From an uncultured Candidatus Saccharibacteria bacterium (GTDB lineage Bacteria; Patescibacteriota; Minisyncoccia; Phycocordibacterales; UBA918): a DNA stretch of 44,494 bases. Shown piece after piece: positions 18,685-27,778 of this stretch. How positions within the stretch are numbered: the first letter of the stretch is position 1; the number at the start of each line of letters is the position of its first letter. A model generated the notes under the pieces. That model made no database searches. It saw only the letters and a program-made list of their open reading frames with translations, and had not been told where the DNA came from. The stretch covers positions 1 to 44,494 of the forward strand of contig CAYFXS010000001.1 in assembly GCA_964347215.1 (NCBI GenBank). The letters are read 5' to 3'. Position numbers and translations under genes: made by a program.

Positions 18685-18757
18685 CCGCCTATAGCTCAGT
18701 TGGTAGAGCAGAGGACTTTTAATCCTTGTGTCCCAGGTTCGAGTCCTGGTGGGCGGA
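18685..18757 (+). tRNA. tRNA-Lys (anticodon UUU), CCA not encoded
   Basis: The manual cloverleaf is acceptor ccgccta/tgggcgg (one G-U pair), D arm gctc-agttggta-gagc, anticodon arm gagga-cTTTTaa-tcctt, variable loop gtgtc, T arm ccagg-ttcgagt-cctgg, and discriminator A. Confidence 0.9.
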
Positions 18758-18783
18758 CAGTGGGTTTTTTCTTTATTTTCATT

Positions 18784-19266
18784 ATGTCTAAAATAGTAAT
18801 TCTCGACAATATCAGAAGTGCTCATAATGTAGGTTCGGTTTTTCGTAGTAGCGATGGGGTCGGGGTAGATAAGATTTATTTGGTGGGTCCCACTCCTACT
18901 CCGATTGATCGGTTTGGTCGGGTGCAGCCAGAAATAAAAAAGACTTCACTAGGTGCTAGTGAGAGTGTTCCTTGGGAGCATGTTGGTGAGGCTGGTAGCA
19001 GGTCGACCGATGAGGCCGTAGGCCTCATCGGTCGACTGAAGTCTGATGGTTACAAAGTAGTGGCAGTTGAACAGGTTGAAGGCAGTGTATCACTTTACGA
19101 CTTTGAAGTTCCTAAAAAGGTGGCTTACGTGTTGGGGGCTGAGGTGGATGGCGTGCAACCGGAAGTTGTTGCTGCCGCTGATAAGGTCATGGAGATTCCA
19201 ATGGCGGGAATGAAAGAGTCACTAAATGTTTCTGTTACAGCTGGTATAGTGTTGTTCCACAAGTAG
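18784..19266 (+). CDS. SpoU/TrmH-family RNA 2'-O-methyltransferase
   Basis: MSKIVILDNIRSAHNVGSVFRS (motif 1), LGAEVDGV, and IPMAGMKESLNVSVTAGIVLF (SPOUT knot motifs) are present. The ORF-track start at 18700 is rejected because it reads through the tRNA. Confidence 0.85.
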   Translation: MSKIVILDNIRSAHNVGSVFRSSDGVGVDKIYLVGPTPTPIDRFGRVQPEIKKTSLGASESVPWEHVGEAGSRSTDEAVGLIGRLKSDGYKVVAVEQVEGSVSLYDFEVPKKVAYVLGAEVDGVQPEVVAAADKVMEIPMAGMKESLNVSVTAGIVLFHK

Positions 19267-19273
19267 GTTTTAT

Positions 19274-19312
19274 AAAAACAAAGGCGGTTCCTACGGAACC
19301 GCCTTTGTTTTT
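19274..19312. terminator. Bidirectional terminator between the convergent methyltransferase gene and murE
   Basis: aaaaacaaaggcggttcc (19274-19291) and ggaaccgcctttgttttt (19295-19312) are exact reverse complements. Confidence 0.8.
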
Positions 19313-20603
19313 ATTTAGCTGGTAAAGACTTAAGTTCTTTCTTTACCACTTCAGCATCACTCCATGGTTGCTTAGTGTTGTGCGGACCCATGATGTACGG
19401 ATCGGTTCCCTTACCGGAAACAATCACATAACCACCATCAGGACTTTTTTCGATAGCGGTTCTGATAGCTAGTCGACGATCCATGATAATTTCTAATTTA
19501 TTTTTATCCTCGATACCTTTAGCCATTTGTTCCACTATTTCTCGAGGATCCTCATCGTACGGGTCTTCATTGGTGAGAATAATATAATCACAGTTTTGTT
19601 CAGCAATCTTAGCCATTTCAGGTCGTTTCCATGTATCTCGTCCACCACCAGTATTACCCAGCACAGCAATCTTGGGTACATCCTTAAAAGCTTGGTACAG
19701 TTTTTCCAGCGAGTCTGGTGTGTGGGCGTAGTCCACTACTGCAGTCACAGCCTTTTGTGTCTCTTTGTTGCTAGTGAAATGCTCTACCCGACCCTTAACT
19801 GGTTCGAGTGAGCGAAGGGCTTTTTCAATGGTTCGCAGCTGTACACCAAGTGCTCGAGTCAAAGTGATGGCAGCTAGAGCGTTGTAGACATTAAACAATC
19901 CTACTAAAGGTACACGGATAGTTACTTCTTCATCTCCGTCAGTGAAGATTAGGCCCACACCGTCTTTGTGTAGAGTGTGTAGCTTAAGATGATCTAGTTG
20001 GTAAGAAATTTTTTCTTCCACTTTTACTTTTAGGAAATCAGTACCGTGTTCATCGTCTGTGTTGGCTACAATGTATCGAGGTTGTTTAGCTGAGTTTTCC
20101 AGCTGTTTAGCAATTTCTAACTTACAAGCTTTGTATTTTTCAAATGATCCGTGTGACTCAATATGTTCCGGGGTTAGGTTGGTGAAAACCAAAGCGTCCA
20201 TTTCTATAAAACGATGACGGAATTGACGAGCTCCTTCTGAGGTCATTTCTAATACTGCATAGGTACAACCAGCATCTACTGCTTTGCGTAAAAATTGTTG
20301 CACAAAGAAGCGGCCAGGGGTGGTCATTTTGAATAGGTTGCGCTCTACGTAATCGTCAATTTTGAACTGAATAGTTGATAGAGAGGCAACTTTATTACCA
20401 TCAGCCTCCAAAATGGAGGTGATTAGTTCAGTTACGGTAGACTTTCCTTTGGTGCCAGTAACAGCAATAACCGTCAGTTCCTTTGATGGGCTGCGGTAAA
20501 TCAGGTTACCTAAATAGGCCAAGATTAGGTGATAGGGTGGACGAATGTAGTCCATAATAACCTTAGGAATTAAGCGTTTTATCCAATATAAAATGGTATT
20601 CAT
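19311..20603 (-). CDS. murE: Mur ligase, MurE-like (UDP-MurNAc-L-Ala-D-Glu:diamino acid ligase)
   Basis: The ATP site is VTGTKGKST. The central and C-terminal Mur ligase domains are present. LTNEDPYDEDPREIV aligns with the MurE TSDNPRxEDP region, although the DNPR motif itself is altered. Confidence 0.7.
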   Translation of the reverse strand: MNTILYWIKRLIPKVIMDYIRPPYHLILAYLGNLIYRSPSKELTVIAVTGTKGKSTVTELITSILEADGNKVASLSTIQFKIDDYVERNLFKMTTPGRFFVQQFLRKAVDAGCTYAVLEMTSEGARQFRHRFIEMDALVFTNLTPEHIESHGSFEKYKACKLEIAKQLENSAKQPRYIVANTDDEHGTDFLKVKVEEKISYQLDHLKLHTLHKDGVGLIFTDGDEEVTIRVPLVGLFNVYNALAAITLTRALGVQLRTIEKALRSLEPVKGRVEHFTSNKETQKAVTAVVDYAHTPDSLEKLYQAFKDVPKIAVLGNTGGGRDTWKRPEMAKIAEQNCDYIILTNEDPYDEDPREIVEQMAKGIEDKNKLEIIMDRRLAIRTAIEKSPDGGYVIVSGKGTDPYIMGPHNTKQPWSDAEVVKKELKSLPAK

Positions 20604-20653
20604 AGGAAATAGTATAAGTTGAAGCAGTGTTTAAGTGAACTTGCGGAGCGTGA

Positions 20654-21244
20654 TTAATTCTGTCCAAGTTCTTTCAACGCTGCTTTAATAGCATCGTTGG
20701 CAGAGTTGATTTCAGGTGATAGGTTCTGTACTGTTTTGCGGGCGTCACTTTGTGGGTAGCCCAATGAGATAAGGGCGTCAATAGCGTCGCTTTGCCAGTC
20801 TGTAGTTTTTTCTGAGCCGAGCCCGTCGCTGTCTGTGGTGCCCCAACCCAAGTCAGCTACTTTATCTTTCAGACCCAGCACCACTTTTTCAGCTGTCTTT
20901 TTACCCATACCCGACATTTTTGAGAGGTGGGCAGGGTCGTCATTATTAATAGCTGTTTTGATTAAAGTCAGGTCAGCTTGGGTGAGGATTTGGGCAGCAG
21001 ATTTTGGTCCAATTCCTTGCAGTCCCAGGAGAAGTTCAAACAGTTCTAATTCGTCGAGAGTGGTAAAACCATAGAGATCAGAAGTGGTTTCTCTGATGGC
21101 GTGGTGAGTGTGTAGCTTCACATCAGTATCTAAAGAGAATTGAGATGGTTGATTAACAAAAACAAGATAGCCGACTCCTCTCACATCTACCACAATTGAG
21201 TTGATGCTTTGGTGCGCTACTTTACCAACAATATGTCTAATCAT
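20654..21244 (-). CDS. ruvA: Holliday junction DNA helicase subunit RuvA
   Basis: MIRHIVGKV...GVGYLV is the OB domain and LLGLQGIGPKSAAQIL / MSGMGKKTAEKVV are the HhH pairs. The start is moved to the internal ATG at 21244, because the ORF-track extension covers a repeat element. Confidence 0.88.
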   Translation of the reverse strand: MIRHIVGKVAHQSINSIVVDVRGVGYLVFVNQPSQFSLDTDVKLHTHHAIRETTSDLYGFTTLDELELFELLLGLQGIGPKSAAQILTQADLTLIKTAINNDDPAHLSKMSGMGKKTAEKVVLGLKDKVADLGWGTTDSDGLGSEKTTDWQSDAIDALISLGYPQSDARKTVQNLSPEINSANDAIKAALKELGQN

Positions 21245-21251
21245 GCAGCTA

Positions 21252-21393
21252 GTATACCCCGACCTTAACATTTCCAAAACTTCGGTTAATAGCAGATTAA
21301 TTTTGTATGAAATGAGTGTACTACTGCAATAGTTTTATAATAGGTAAATTAAATAACAGTGTTTTACATTGGAAATGTTAAGGTGGGGTATAC
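21252..21393. repeat. 25/26-nt inverted repeat bracketing the ruvA-lnt divergent control region
   Basis: gtataccccgaccttaacatttccaa (21252-21277) matches the reverse complement of ttggaaatgttaaggtggggtatac (21369-21393), differing only by one extra g. The spacer is 91 nt. Each arm ends 7-10 nt before the likely start codon of the flanking gene. Confidence 0.7.
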
Positions 21394-21403
21394 AATAATC
21401 GTT

Positions 21404-22837
21404 ATGTTATCCATCTGTGCGAACCGCTTATATCTTTGTTGGGTTGGTAGTGGCATTCTTTTAATGTTGGCTTTCACTATCCCCTGGTTGTGGTGGTTGT
21501 TTGTACCAGCTTTGTTGGGTTGGTTAAAAGTGTATCTGGAGACTGAGTCAGGTAAGCAACTATTCTTAGGATTGCTGATATTTGCCACGCTTAAATATGC
21601 GGGAGGTATTATTTGGTTTTGGCAGGTTTACCCTTTGGAGTGGTTAGGGCTTGAGAGGGGGTTAGGGCAATTGTCTCTAATTGGTTTGTATTGGCTAGTA
21701 ACCTCGTTAGTTTTAGGGTTAGGGTTTGCAATAGTGCTTTACGGCTTTAAGTTTGCCATAAAACAGAGGCTGGTGTGGTTGTGGTTGCTACCAATTGTAT
21801 GGGTCATAGCTGAATTGTTTGCTTCGTGGTTATTTTCAGTGTATTCACTTGGTCCGATGATTGAGCCTAATGCAAAATTCAGCTTTGGTTATCTGGGCTA
21901 TTTATTAGCAGATTCTTCGTGGCTGCAATTGTCACAGTGGGGTGGAGTATACATCCTGACTGCTTTTGGAGTTGGTTTAGTTAGTTGGTGTTACTTTTTA
22001 TACGCTCGTTTATTTAAAAAGGAACTACTACTTGGTTTGATTGGGTTTAGTTTGGTATTGGGTATGGCGTTTAGTGTTTGGACTTTTGAAAGTAGTCAGT
22101 CTGACTTGGTTGTAAAAAGTATAAATACTCAATTTGATGGAGTGGGACTAATGACAAACGATGGTGTAAAACGGAAAAAGTTGATGCTTCTGGAGTATGT
22201 AACTGAAGCTTTAAAAGATGATGAGGTAGATATTTTGTTGTTACCAGAGGATTCTCGGTTTACTTTAGCTTTTCCTGATCCAAGTTTCGCATTGCAGTTT
22301 TTGATGGCTAACTCTAACAGAGATGTTGTTTTAGTTGATTCGACTACGATGGTTGATAGTCGAGGCGAGTTGGTTTTGCGAGCTTTTATTTATGACACTA
22401 AGGTAGAGATGGTGTACGTGGTAGATAAACAGTATTTGGTACCACAAGGTGAATTTATGCCTTACTTACATGGTTGGTTGTTGGAAAAGGTTATGTCGCG
22501 AGATTTGTTAGAGAGAGCTCAAGGGCAGCGCTTTGTGCCCGGGGTATTTTCTGATTACGACATGGTATCAAATGAAGTTCCTCCAGTGCTGTTTTGTTTT
22601 GAGAGTGTGTCACCAACTGGTGTTAAAAATCTTTTGTCGCAGCAACCGGCGTCAGTAGTTTTACATCAGGTTTCTCATGGTTGGTTCAATCATCCAACCA
22701 TCTTATGGTTTAACTTGGAGAGAATGCTTAAAGTGCAGGCAGTATGGAATCAGGTGACTATTATTGAAGCAGCAAATATGAAAACTGGTAAAACCTACTT
22801 ACCAAACGGGGTGGTGTTAGAGAATTCGAGGCGGTAG
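21404..22837 (+). CDS. lnt: Apolipoprotein N-acyltransferase-like protein (polytopic N-terminus plus CN-hydrolase domain); start uncertain (21359 GTG or 21404 ATG)
   Basis: Multiple N-terminal TM helices are present. The candidate catalytic triad contexts are LLLPEDS (Glu), VDKQYLVPQGEFMPY (Lys) and VLFCFESV (Cys), in the order expected for Lnt. Confidence 0.6.
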   Translation: MLSICANRLYLCWVGSGILLMLAFTIPWLWWLFVPALLGWLKVYLETESGKQLFLGLLIFATLKYAGGIIWFWQVYPLEWLGLERGLGQLSLIGLYWLVTSLVLGLGFAIVLYGFKFAIKQRLVWLWLLPIVWVIAELFASWLFSVYSLGPMIEPNAKFSFGYLGYLLADSSWLQLSQWGGVYILTAFGVGLVSWCYFLYARLFKKELLLGLIGFSLVLGMAFSVWTFESSQSDLVVKSINTQFDGVGLMTNDGVKRKKLMLLEYVTEALKDDEVDILLLPEDSRFTLAFPDPSFALQFLMANSNRDVVLVDSTTMVDSRGELVLRAFIYDTKVEMVYVVDKQYLVPQGEFMPYLHGWLLEKVMSRDLLERAQGQRFVPGVFSDYDMVSNEVPPVLFCFESVSPTGVKNLLSQQPASVVLHQVSHGWFNHPTILWFNLERMLKVQAVWNQVTIIEAANMKTGKTYLPNGVVLENSRR

Positions 22838-22862
22838 ACATATCTTTGTTATACTTAATTCG

Positions 22863-24101
22863 ATGAAGTATTTTAGTTACGGTAAAGGATTGCTAGGTCT
22901 TGGTTTGCTACTGTTTGTAGCATCTGGTTACTGGTTGTTTTTTACCAGTGGTCACATCTTTACTAGTCAGTCAGCTACGGCTGACTCTAGTTTGGCCCAA
23001 CATAATAAATACTTTGCTACCAATCCATCATTTGGTGAGTTGGTGATTTACTTTCAAGATCTTTCACATGAGATTGGGGCTGATAAAGCTTTTGATGTCT
23101 TGATTTATGGTGATCTGCCGTCAGATGTAGATACTCATTTGGTTGGTCATGCTGTAGGGGACATTCTTTATGAACAGAAGGGTTTGTTAGGAATGTCTGA
23201 CTGTGACAGTAATCTTGGTTACGCGTGTACTCATTCGATAGTTATTCAGGCTTTGTTGCAACAAGGCCCTTCTGTATTTGATGAGATAAATGAGATTTGT
23301 GAGTCGATGGAAGTGGCTGGTAGTTACCCACTTTGTTTCCATGGCTTTGGACACGGTGTTTTGGCCTACGCTGATTATGAGTTACCGGATGCTATTGAGT
23401 TTTGCGGCAAAGTGGGGACGGAAAAGTATCAGAGCTACGAAGAGGTTGAATGTCTAGGAGGAGCTATTATGGAGATGAAAGAAGGTTTTCATAATCCAGA
23501 TTTATGGGAAGAAAGAGGTACTAAATATCTGTCGGATGAAAATCCTTTATTGATGTGTCAGTCAGATTATATGCCTGAGGAATATAAACGAATGTGTTAT
23601 ATCTACATCACGCCATTTATCTTCGACACAGTTTCGGGTGTAGGTTGGCCTGATCCAAATAAATTTGCTGAGGCTATGAGTTACTGTGACGTATTAGATG
23701 ACCCTAAACACAGAGATGGTTGTTTTGGTGGTTTTGGTAAAGAATATATCACTTTAGTGCACGGCCGAGACGTGCGTTTGATTGAAGAAACTACACCAAA
23801 GCAACACCAGACAATCAATGAATGGTGTGCTTTAGCTTCAGATATGGCTGGGGTTAGATCTTGTGTGCGTAATGCTATGTACAGTACCTACAAAGCGGGG
23901 GCAATTGATCACAATGTTACGGTCAGTTTGTGTAATGAGGCGGTAAATGATGAGGTAAGAAATGATTGTTTGAAATCTTTTATTTACAACGCTAGTTCAC
24001 ATCACCCTAATAATGAATACGCTAATCAGTTTTGCTTAGATATGCCAGAGGGGTACATTGGATATTGTTTTGATCGTTTTATGGATGCAATAGCAGAATA
24101 A
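22863..24101 (+). CDS. Membrane-anchored/secreted paired-cysteine His-rich protein, paralog 1
   Basis: It has an N-terminal TM helix and the motifs HLVGHAVGD, ACTHSIV and CFHGFGHGV. It aligns over long stretches with the 36073-37284 product (e.g. CFHGFGHGVLA, GGAIMEMK, DYMPEE). Confidence 0.8.
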   Translation: MKYFSYGKGLLGLGLLLFVASGYWLFFTSGHIFTSQSATADSSLAQHNKYFATNPSFGELVIYFQDLSHEIGADKAFDVLIYGDLPSDVDTHLVGHAVGDILYEQKGLLGMSDCDSNLGYACTHSIVIQALLQQGPSVFDEINEICESMEVAGSYPLCFHGFGHGVLAYADYELPDAIEFCGKVGTEKYQSYEEVECLGGAIMEMKEGFHNPDLWEERGTKYLSDENPLLMCQSDYMPEEYKRMCYIYITPFIFDTVSGVGWPDPNKFAEAMSYCDVLDDPKHRDGCFGGFGKEYITLVHGRDVRLIEETTPKQHQTINEWCALASDMAGVRSCVRNAMYSTYKAGAIDHNVTVSLCNEAVNDEVRNDCLKSFIYNASSHHPNNEYANQFCLDMPEGYIGYCFDRFMDAIAE

Positions 24102-24118
24102 TTTTTTGCTTAATTAAT

Positions 24119-25129
24119 ATGATCAAGCGTTTATCAATATTGTTGATCATTCTGATTATAGCGGGGTTGGTTTGGTGGCTGGCAGACAGCAGTGTCTACT
24201 CAGATGATATGCAAGGGGATGATCAAACTCCGCCAGTTGCGAGTGCTGATGTGTTTGAGCTAAAAGAATACTGGGTATCAGCTTTAGATCGAGATGAACC
24301 ACAAGCTGTATACGATTATTTTGTACGTACTTATGAAAATGATGATGAGAATAAACGTCATTTTCTTATGCATTTATTTAGCTCATTACTTTATGAAAAA
24401 ATGGGGGATAAAGCGTTGGAATTGTGTGATGAATCATTTTTTTATGGGTGCTTCCATGAAATATTAGCGAGTCTAATGAAAGACCAAGGGGTGGGTTCAA
24501 TCGATAAAATTGCAGATTTTTGCGGTGACAATTTAGGGTGTCAGCACGGTATAGGTCATGGATTGGTAATGCATTTTGGGTACCAACAGTCAGGCTTAAT
24601 TGAAGCTTTGGAAATGTGTCGTTATGTTAACGATCCGGAAGTTATAGATGGTTGCTTGGGAGGAGTGTTTATGGAGTACACCATGGAAACTGTCGGTCAG
24701 GTAACTGATGCAGTTGGCGAAGATCGTAGATATTTTAGAACTGATTTTTGCTATGGATTACCTACAGAAACAAAAGCGGCTTGTTATTTTTGGGTGGTGC
24801 AGTGGTACATAATAGATAACAATTTTAATATGGCTGATTTAAAAATTGCGAGTGGCCGAGAATTTTGTGCAGAGGCTGAAGAAGGTTATGTTGACGATTG
24901 TATGGGAGGAATCGGTTACGTAGTTAATCGCTTTGCTGTTAATCCAGATGAAAGCATCAGACTTTGCCAGTGGGCCAGTCCCAATCAAGAAGAGTTGGAA
25001 GTAGAGGAATGTTTAGTGGTGGCAGCTATTGATTACGGTTTCTTTAGTGATGAGACAGCGGTAGATAAGTTATGTGATTTGGTTTCTGGAGATAATCAAA
25101 GTCGTTGCCGGTCGGTTTTGAATGACTAA
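24119..25129 (+). CDS. Membrane-anchored/secreted paired-cysteine His-rich protein, paralog 2 (shorter, divergent)
   Basis: It has an N-terminal TM helix, GCFHEILASL, CQHGIGHGL, and a repeated phi-C-x(6-14)-C-x-x-G pattern. Confidence 0.75.
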   Translation: MIKRLSILLIILIIAGLVWWLADSSVYSDDMQGDDQTPPVASADVFELKEYWVSALDRDEPQAVYDYFVRTYENDDENKRHFLMHLFSSLLYEKMGDKALELCDESFFYGCFHEILASLMKDQGVGSIDKIADFCGDNLGCQHGIGHGLVMHFGYQQSGLIEALEMCRYVNDPEVIDGCLGGVFMEYTMETVGQVTDAVGEDRRYFRTDFCYGLPTETKAACYFWVVQWYIIDNNFNMADLKIASGREFCAEAEEGYVDDCMGGIGYVVNRFAVNPDESIRLCQWASPNQEELEVEECLVVAAIDYGFFSDETAVDKLCDLVSGDNQSRCRSVLND

Positions 25130-26001
25130 ATAATTGTTTTTACAAAAGGTAATACCAGCAGATCAAGCTCTGTATTTTTTAATGGAACAGTATCGGTGGT
25201 AACGCATGTGACTTTTTCCTGTTTTAACAATTGCTTCAGTTCAGGTGTCGGGCAGGAAAGTACTGCGTGGGTGACAAAAATAATAATTTTTTCTACTTCA
25301 GGATTATTTAAAAATTGTTCAACAGTTGCGCTGATGGTTTTACCGCTATCGATCATGTCGTCGCAGATAATAATGTTGGGTCTCACGGCTGGGGTGTCTA
25401 TTGATGTAGTAACTTGTGCATGGGTACGTTCTTTTTTGGCTACAACATAGTCACCGCCAAACTGTTCAGCTAAGTTTTTTGTAGTTTCGCCGGCACCTTG
25501 ATCCGGAGCAATGAATAAGCATTTGTCTGGTGCTATTGATAGTTTATCAAGGTGTTCGAGCCATACCGGCTGCGGATCAATTGAGTTGATAGGAGTATGA
25601 AACAACCTCAGTATTTCTTGGTTATGGATATCGATGACTTTAATTTTATTTAAGTGGCCAATACTATCTAATAATCTAGCAATAGCTCTAATGGGGAGGG
25701 TGGTAGAGGTGTCATTATTTTTATCTTGTCGTGAGTAAGGTAGGTATGGAACAGTAAGATTGATTTTACAGTTCTGACTCATTAAAGCGTCACAGATGAG
25801 ATATAGCTGAATTAGTGAGTCATTAATCTGAGGAGTTAGAAAGAATACCAGTTCAACTTCAGTAGAGAATTTAGGGTCGGCTTTTACCTCCCATTCACCA
25901 GAAGGGAATTGTTTAAAATCAATCAATGAAATCTGCTGCTCATCTGAGATAAGAGAGTTGGCAAAAATTTTATTGTTAGTGACTATAAGTGACTTACTCA
26001 T
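25126..26001 (-). CDS. prs: Ribose-phosphate pyrophosphokinase (PRPP synthase)-like protein
   Basis: The motifs are FPSGEW (FPDGE-like), PYLPYSRQDK, IDIHN (DLH-like) and the PRPP loop IIICDDMIDSGKT. Its start overlaps the end of the upstream fusion gene by 8 nt. Confidence 0.8.
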   Translation of the reverse strand: MSKSLIVTNNKIFANSLISDEQQISLIDFKQFPSGEWEVKADPKFSTEVELVFFLTPQINDSLIQLYLICDALMSQNCKINLTVPYLPYSRQDKNNDTSTTLPIRAIARLLDSIGHLNKIKVIDIHNQEILRLFHTPINSIDPQPVWLEHLDKLSIAPDKCLFIAPDQGAGETTKNLAEQFGGDYVVAKKERTHAQVTTSIDTPAVRPNIIICDDMIDSGKTISATVEQFLNNPEVEKIIIFVTHAVLSCPTPELKQLLKQEKVTCVTTDTVPLKNTELDLLVLPFVKTII

Positions 26002-27682
26002 TGTTTAAATGAAATGCAGTTAGGCCGTTGTCGTTAGTTGGTACGTACAGAGTATCATCATCAAAAATTACTGGTGAAGTAATCCTTTCATTTAGTTGTG
26101 TAACAGCCATGATTTCACCTGTTTCCTCTTTTATTTCGTATAAGCAAGCGTTGTTGGTGCCGATGTATACGATGCCGCCTTTAATAACAGGGGTAGAAAA
26201 CATTCTGGCTCGTAGGTCTATCTCCCACCTCACTTCACCAGTTCTTTTATCTACACAGTATAAGTACTTATCAGTAGCAGCAAATAACACATGTTGTTCG
26301 GTGATAGCTGGTGAGCCAAAAATACCTGATCGCACATTTGGATTGTAGAATTTTGTTCCGACTCTAAACACCATATCACCGGACTGTCTTTTGACTGCGT
26401 ACATAAAACCATCAACAGAAGCGACGTAAATGAAATCGTTGATTGGGTCATAAACAGGACGCTGCTTAATGTCTCCTGGACTGAAGCCGCCTACGCCATC
26501 GTAAAATTGACCCCCTTCAGTTTCAAAAGACCAGATAAGTTTTCCATCATTGGCATCAAGTAAGTAAAGTCGACCTTCGTTTGAGCCAATGGCAACTTGA
26601 TTATGCTCTTTAATATAAATTGGGGAAGCGTGGGTCAGGGCTCGCATGTTAAATTCCCAGAGTAATTTACCAGTGTCGATATCTAGTGCAGCCAAAGAGC
26701 CACGTCGGTTCTGTGGTCCACTGTGTTCGAGTCCAATGTAGATAGCGTTATTTTTATGACTAATACATGGGGATGATCCCACCCAGTCGCAGTTTTGGTA
26801 GACCCAATTGACTTGGCCCGAGTTTTTATTTAGAGCATAGAATTTACCGTCGTAAGATCCAAAAAACACTTGGTCTTTATAAACGGCAGGAGAAGAGAAA
26901 ATATTTTTTTGTTGATCGTGGACGCCGGTGACAAATTCCCAGGCAATTTTCCCAGTATCTTTATAAAGGGATATAAATTTACCCTGGTCAGTGCCAAAAT
27001 AAATGTTTTTGCCAACTACAGCAGGGATAGATTTCTGTGTCACCATGATGTGACTAGCAATTGACTGTTCGGCAACCCATTTTTGTCGGTAAGGGTTAAT
27101 TTTTGGTTGCAGATCGGTTGGTTTGATTGCAAAATCATCCAAACGAAAGATTGTCTCTAGCTTAGTGTTTTTGGTTAAAAAAGAATAGTAGCTGTTTTCA
27201 TGATATTGAATTGTGGTCAGAATATGAGAGATAGTTAGGTCATGTTTTTCTAGAACAGTTTTTGCCCAGAGCGCAGTCAATCCACTGTTAATTACATCAT
27301 CTACCAGAATTACAGGTGTGTTTCTTGGTTCACCTTCAATTTGTAAATAGCGACCACTTTTTTTACGTGAACGACGAATATAAAAACCGGTAACTGTCTT
27401 ACCATCTGCTGCCGCTCTATCTAGTAATGAGGTTAGAAGAGGGAATGAAGCTGTTTCCACCCCAGCCAGTTGGTAATTATCCAGGTGTGATATTTTTTGA
27501 TACAGATAATTTGTTAGTGAGGTAAGTAGTTCGGGGTTAAGTAACCACTTTTGCATCTCAATATGCCCACGACCTATGTATGGCATGGGGGTGTCAGACT
27601 CTGTTGGGTTAACGATGTAAGTTTTTATATACTCTTTCAATTCTGATGTATCCAAAGTAAAGGCATTATAACTAAGCAGCAA
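25994..27682 (-). CDS. Fusion protein: OPRT-like type I phosphoribosyltransferase domain plus 8-bladed PQQ/BamB-like beta-propeller
   Basis: The N-terminal ~190 aa carry the PRPP-binding loop VILVDDVINSGLT and the OPRT-like QLAGVETASFPL...RRSRKKSGRYLQIEG. The C-terminus has 8 repeats of the phi-phi-G-x-x-DG-x-phi-x-A-phi-D-x-x-x-G-x-x-x-W type (e.g. VFFGSYDGKFYALNKNSGQVNWVY). The ORF-track start is a TTG, so the true start is uncertain. No signal peptide is present. Confidence 0.75.
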   Translation of the reverse strand: MLLSYNAFTLDTSELKEYIKTYIVNPTESDTPMPYIGRGHIEMQKWLLNPELLTSLTNYLYQKISHLDNYQLAGVETASFPLLTSLLDRAAADGKTVTGFYIRRSRKKSGRYLQIEGEPRNTPVILVDDVINSGLTALWAKTVLEKHDLTISHILTTIQYHENSYYSFLTKNTKLETIFRLDDFAIKPTDLQPKINPYRQKWVAEQSIASHIMVTQKSIPAVVGKNIYFGTDQGKFISLYKDTGKIAWEFVTGVHDQQKNIFSSPAVYKDQVFFGSYDGKFYALNKNSGQVNWVYQNCDWVGSSPCISHKNNAIYIGLEHSGPQNRRGSLAALDIDTGKLLWEFNMRALTHASPIYIKEHNQVAIGSNEGRLYLLDANDGKLIWSFETEGGQFYDGVGGFSPGDIKQRPVYDPINDFIYVASVDGFMYAVKRQSGDMVFRVGTKFYNPNVRSGIFGSPAITEQHVLFAATDKYLYCVDKRTGEVRWEIDLRARMFSTPVIKGGIVYIGTNNACLYEIKEETGEIMAVTQLNERITSPVIFDDDTLYVPTNDNGLTAFHLNNE

Positions 27683-27778
27683 GAAGGATGGAACTTGACG
27701 TGTAAGTTAGAGTTTGGTTCGTGTCAATTTAAAATCATTTTGATATAAGTTAATATATTTTAAAGTTAGAATCACGAA

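Noticed and set aside
18700-18783. The N-terminal extension of the SpoU methyltransferase ORF as given in the ORF track.
   Set aside because: The extension (MVEQRTFNPCVPGSSPGGRTV...) is the translation of the tRNA-Lys gene and its T-rich trailer. The real start is the ATG at 18784.
21245-21403. N-terminal extensions of ruvA (MEMLRSGYTSCM) and of the lnt-like ORF (MFYIGNVKVGYTIIV).
   Set aside because: Both extensions are simply the two arms of the inverted repeat read in frame. RuvA homologs begin at MI(R/G).. as at 21244, and the lnt-like hydrophobic N-terminus begins at 21404. The lnt start remains somewhat uncertain.
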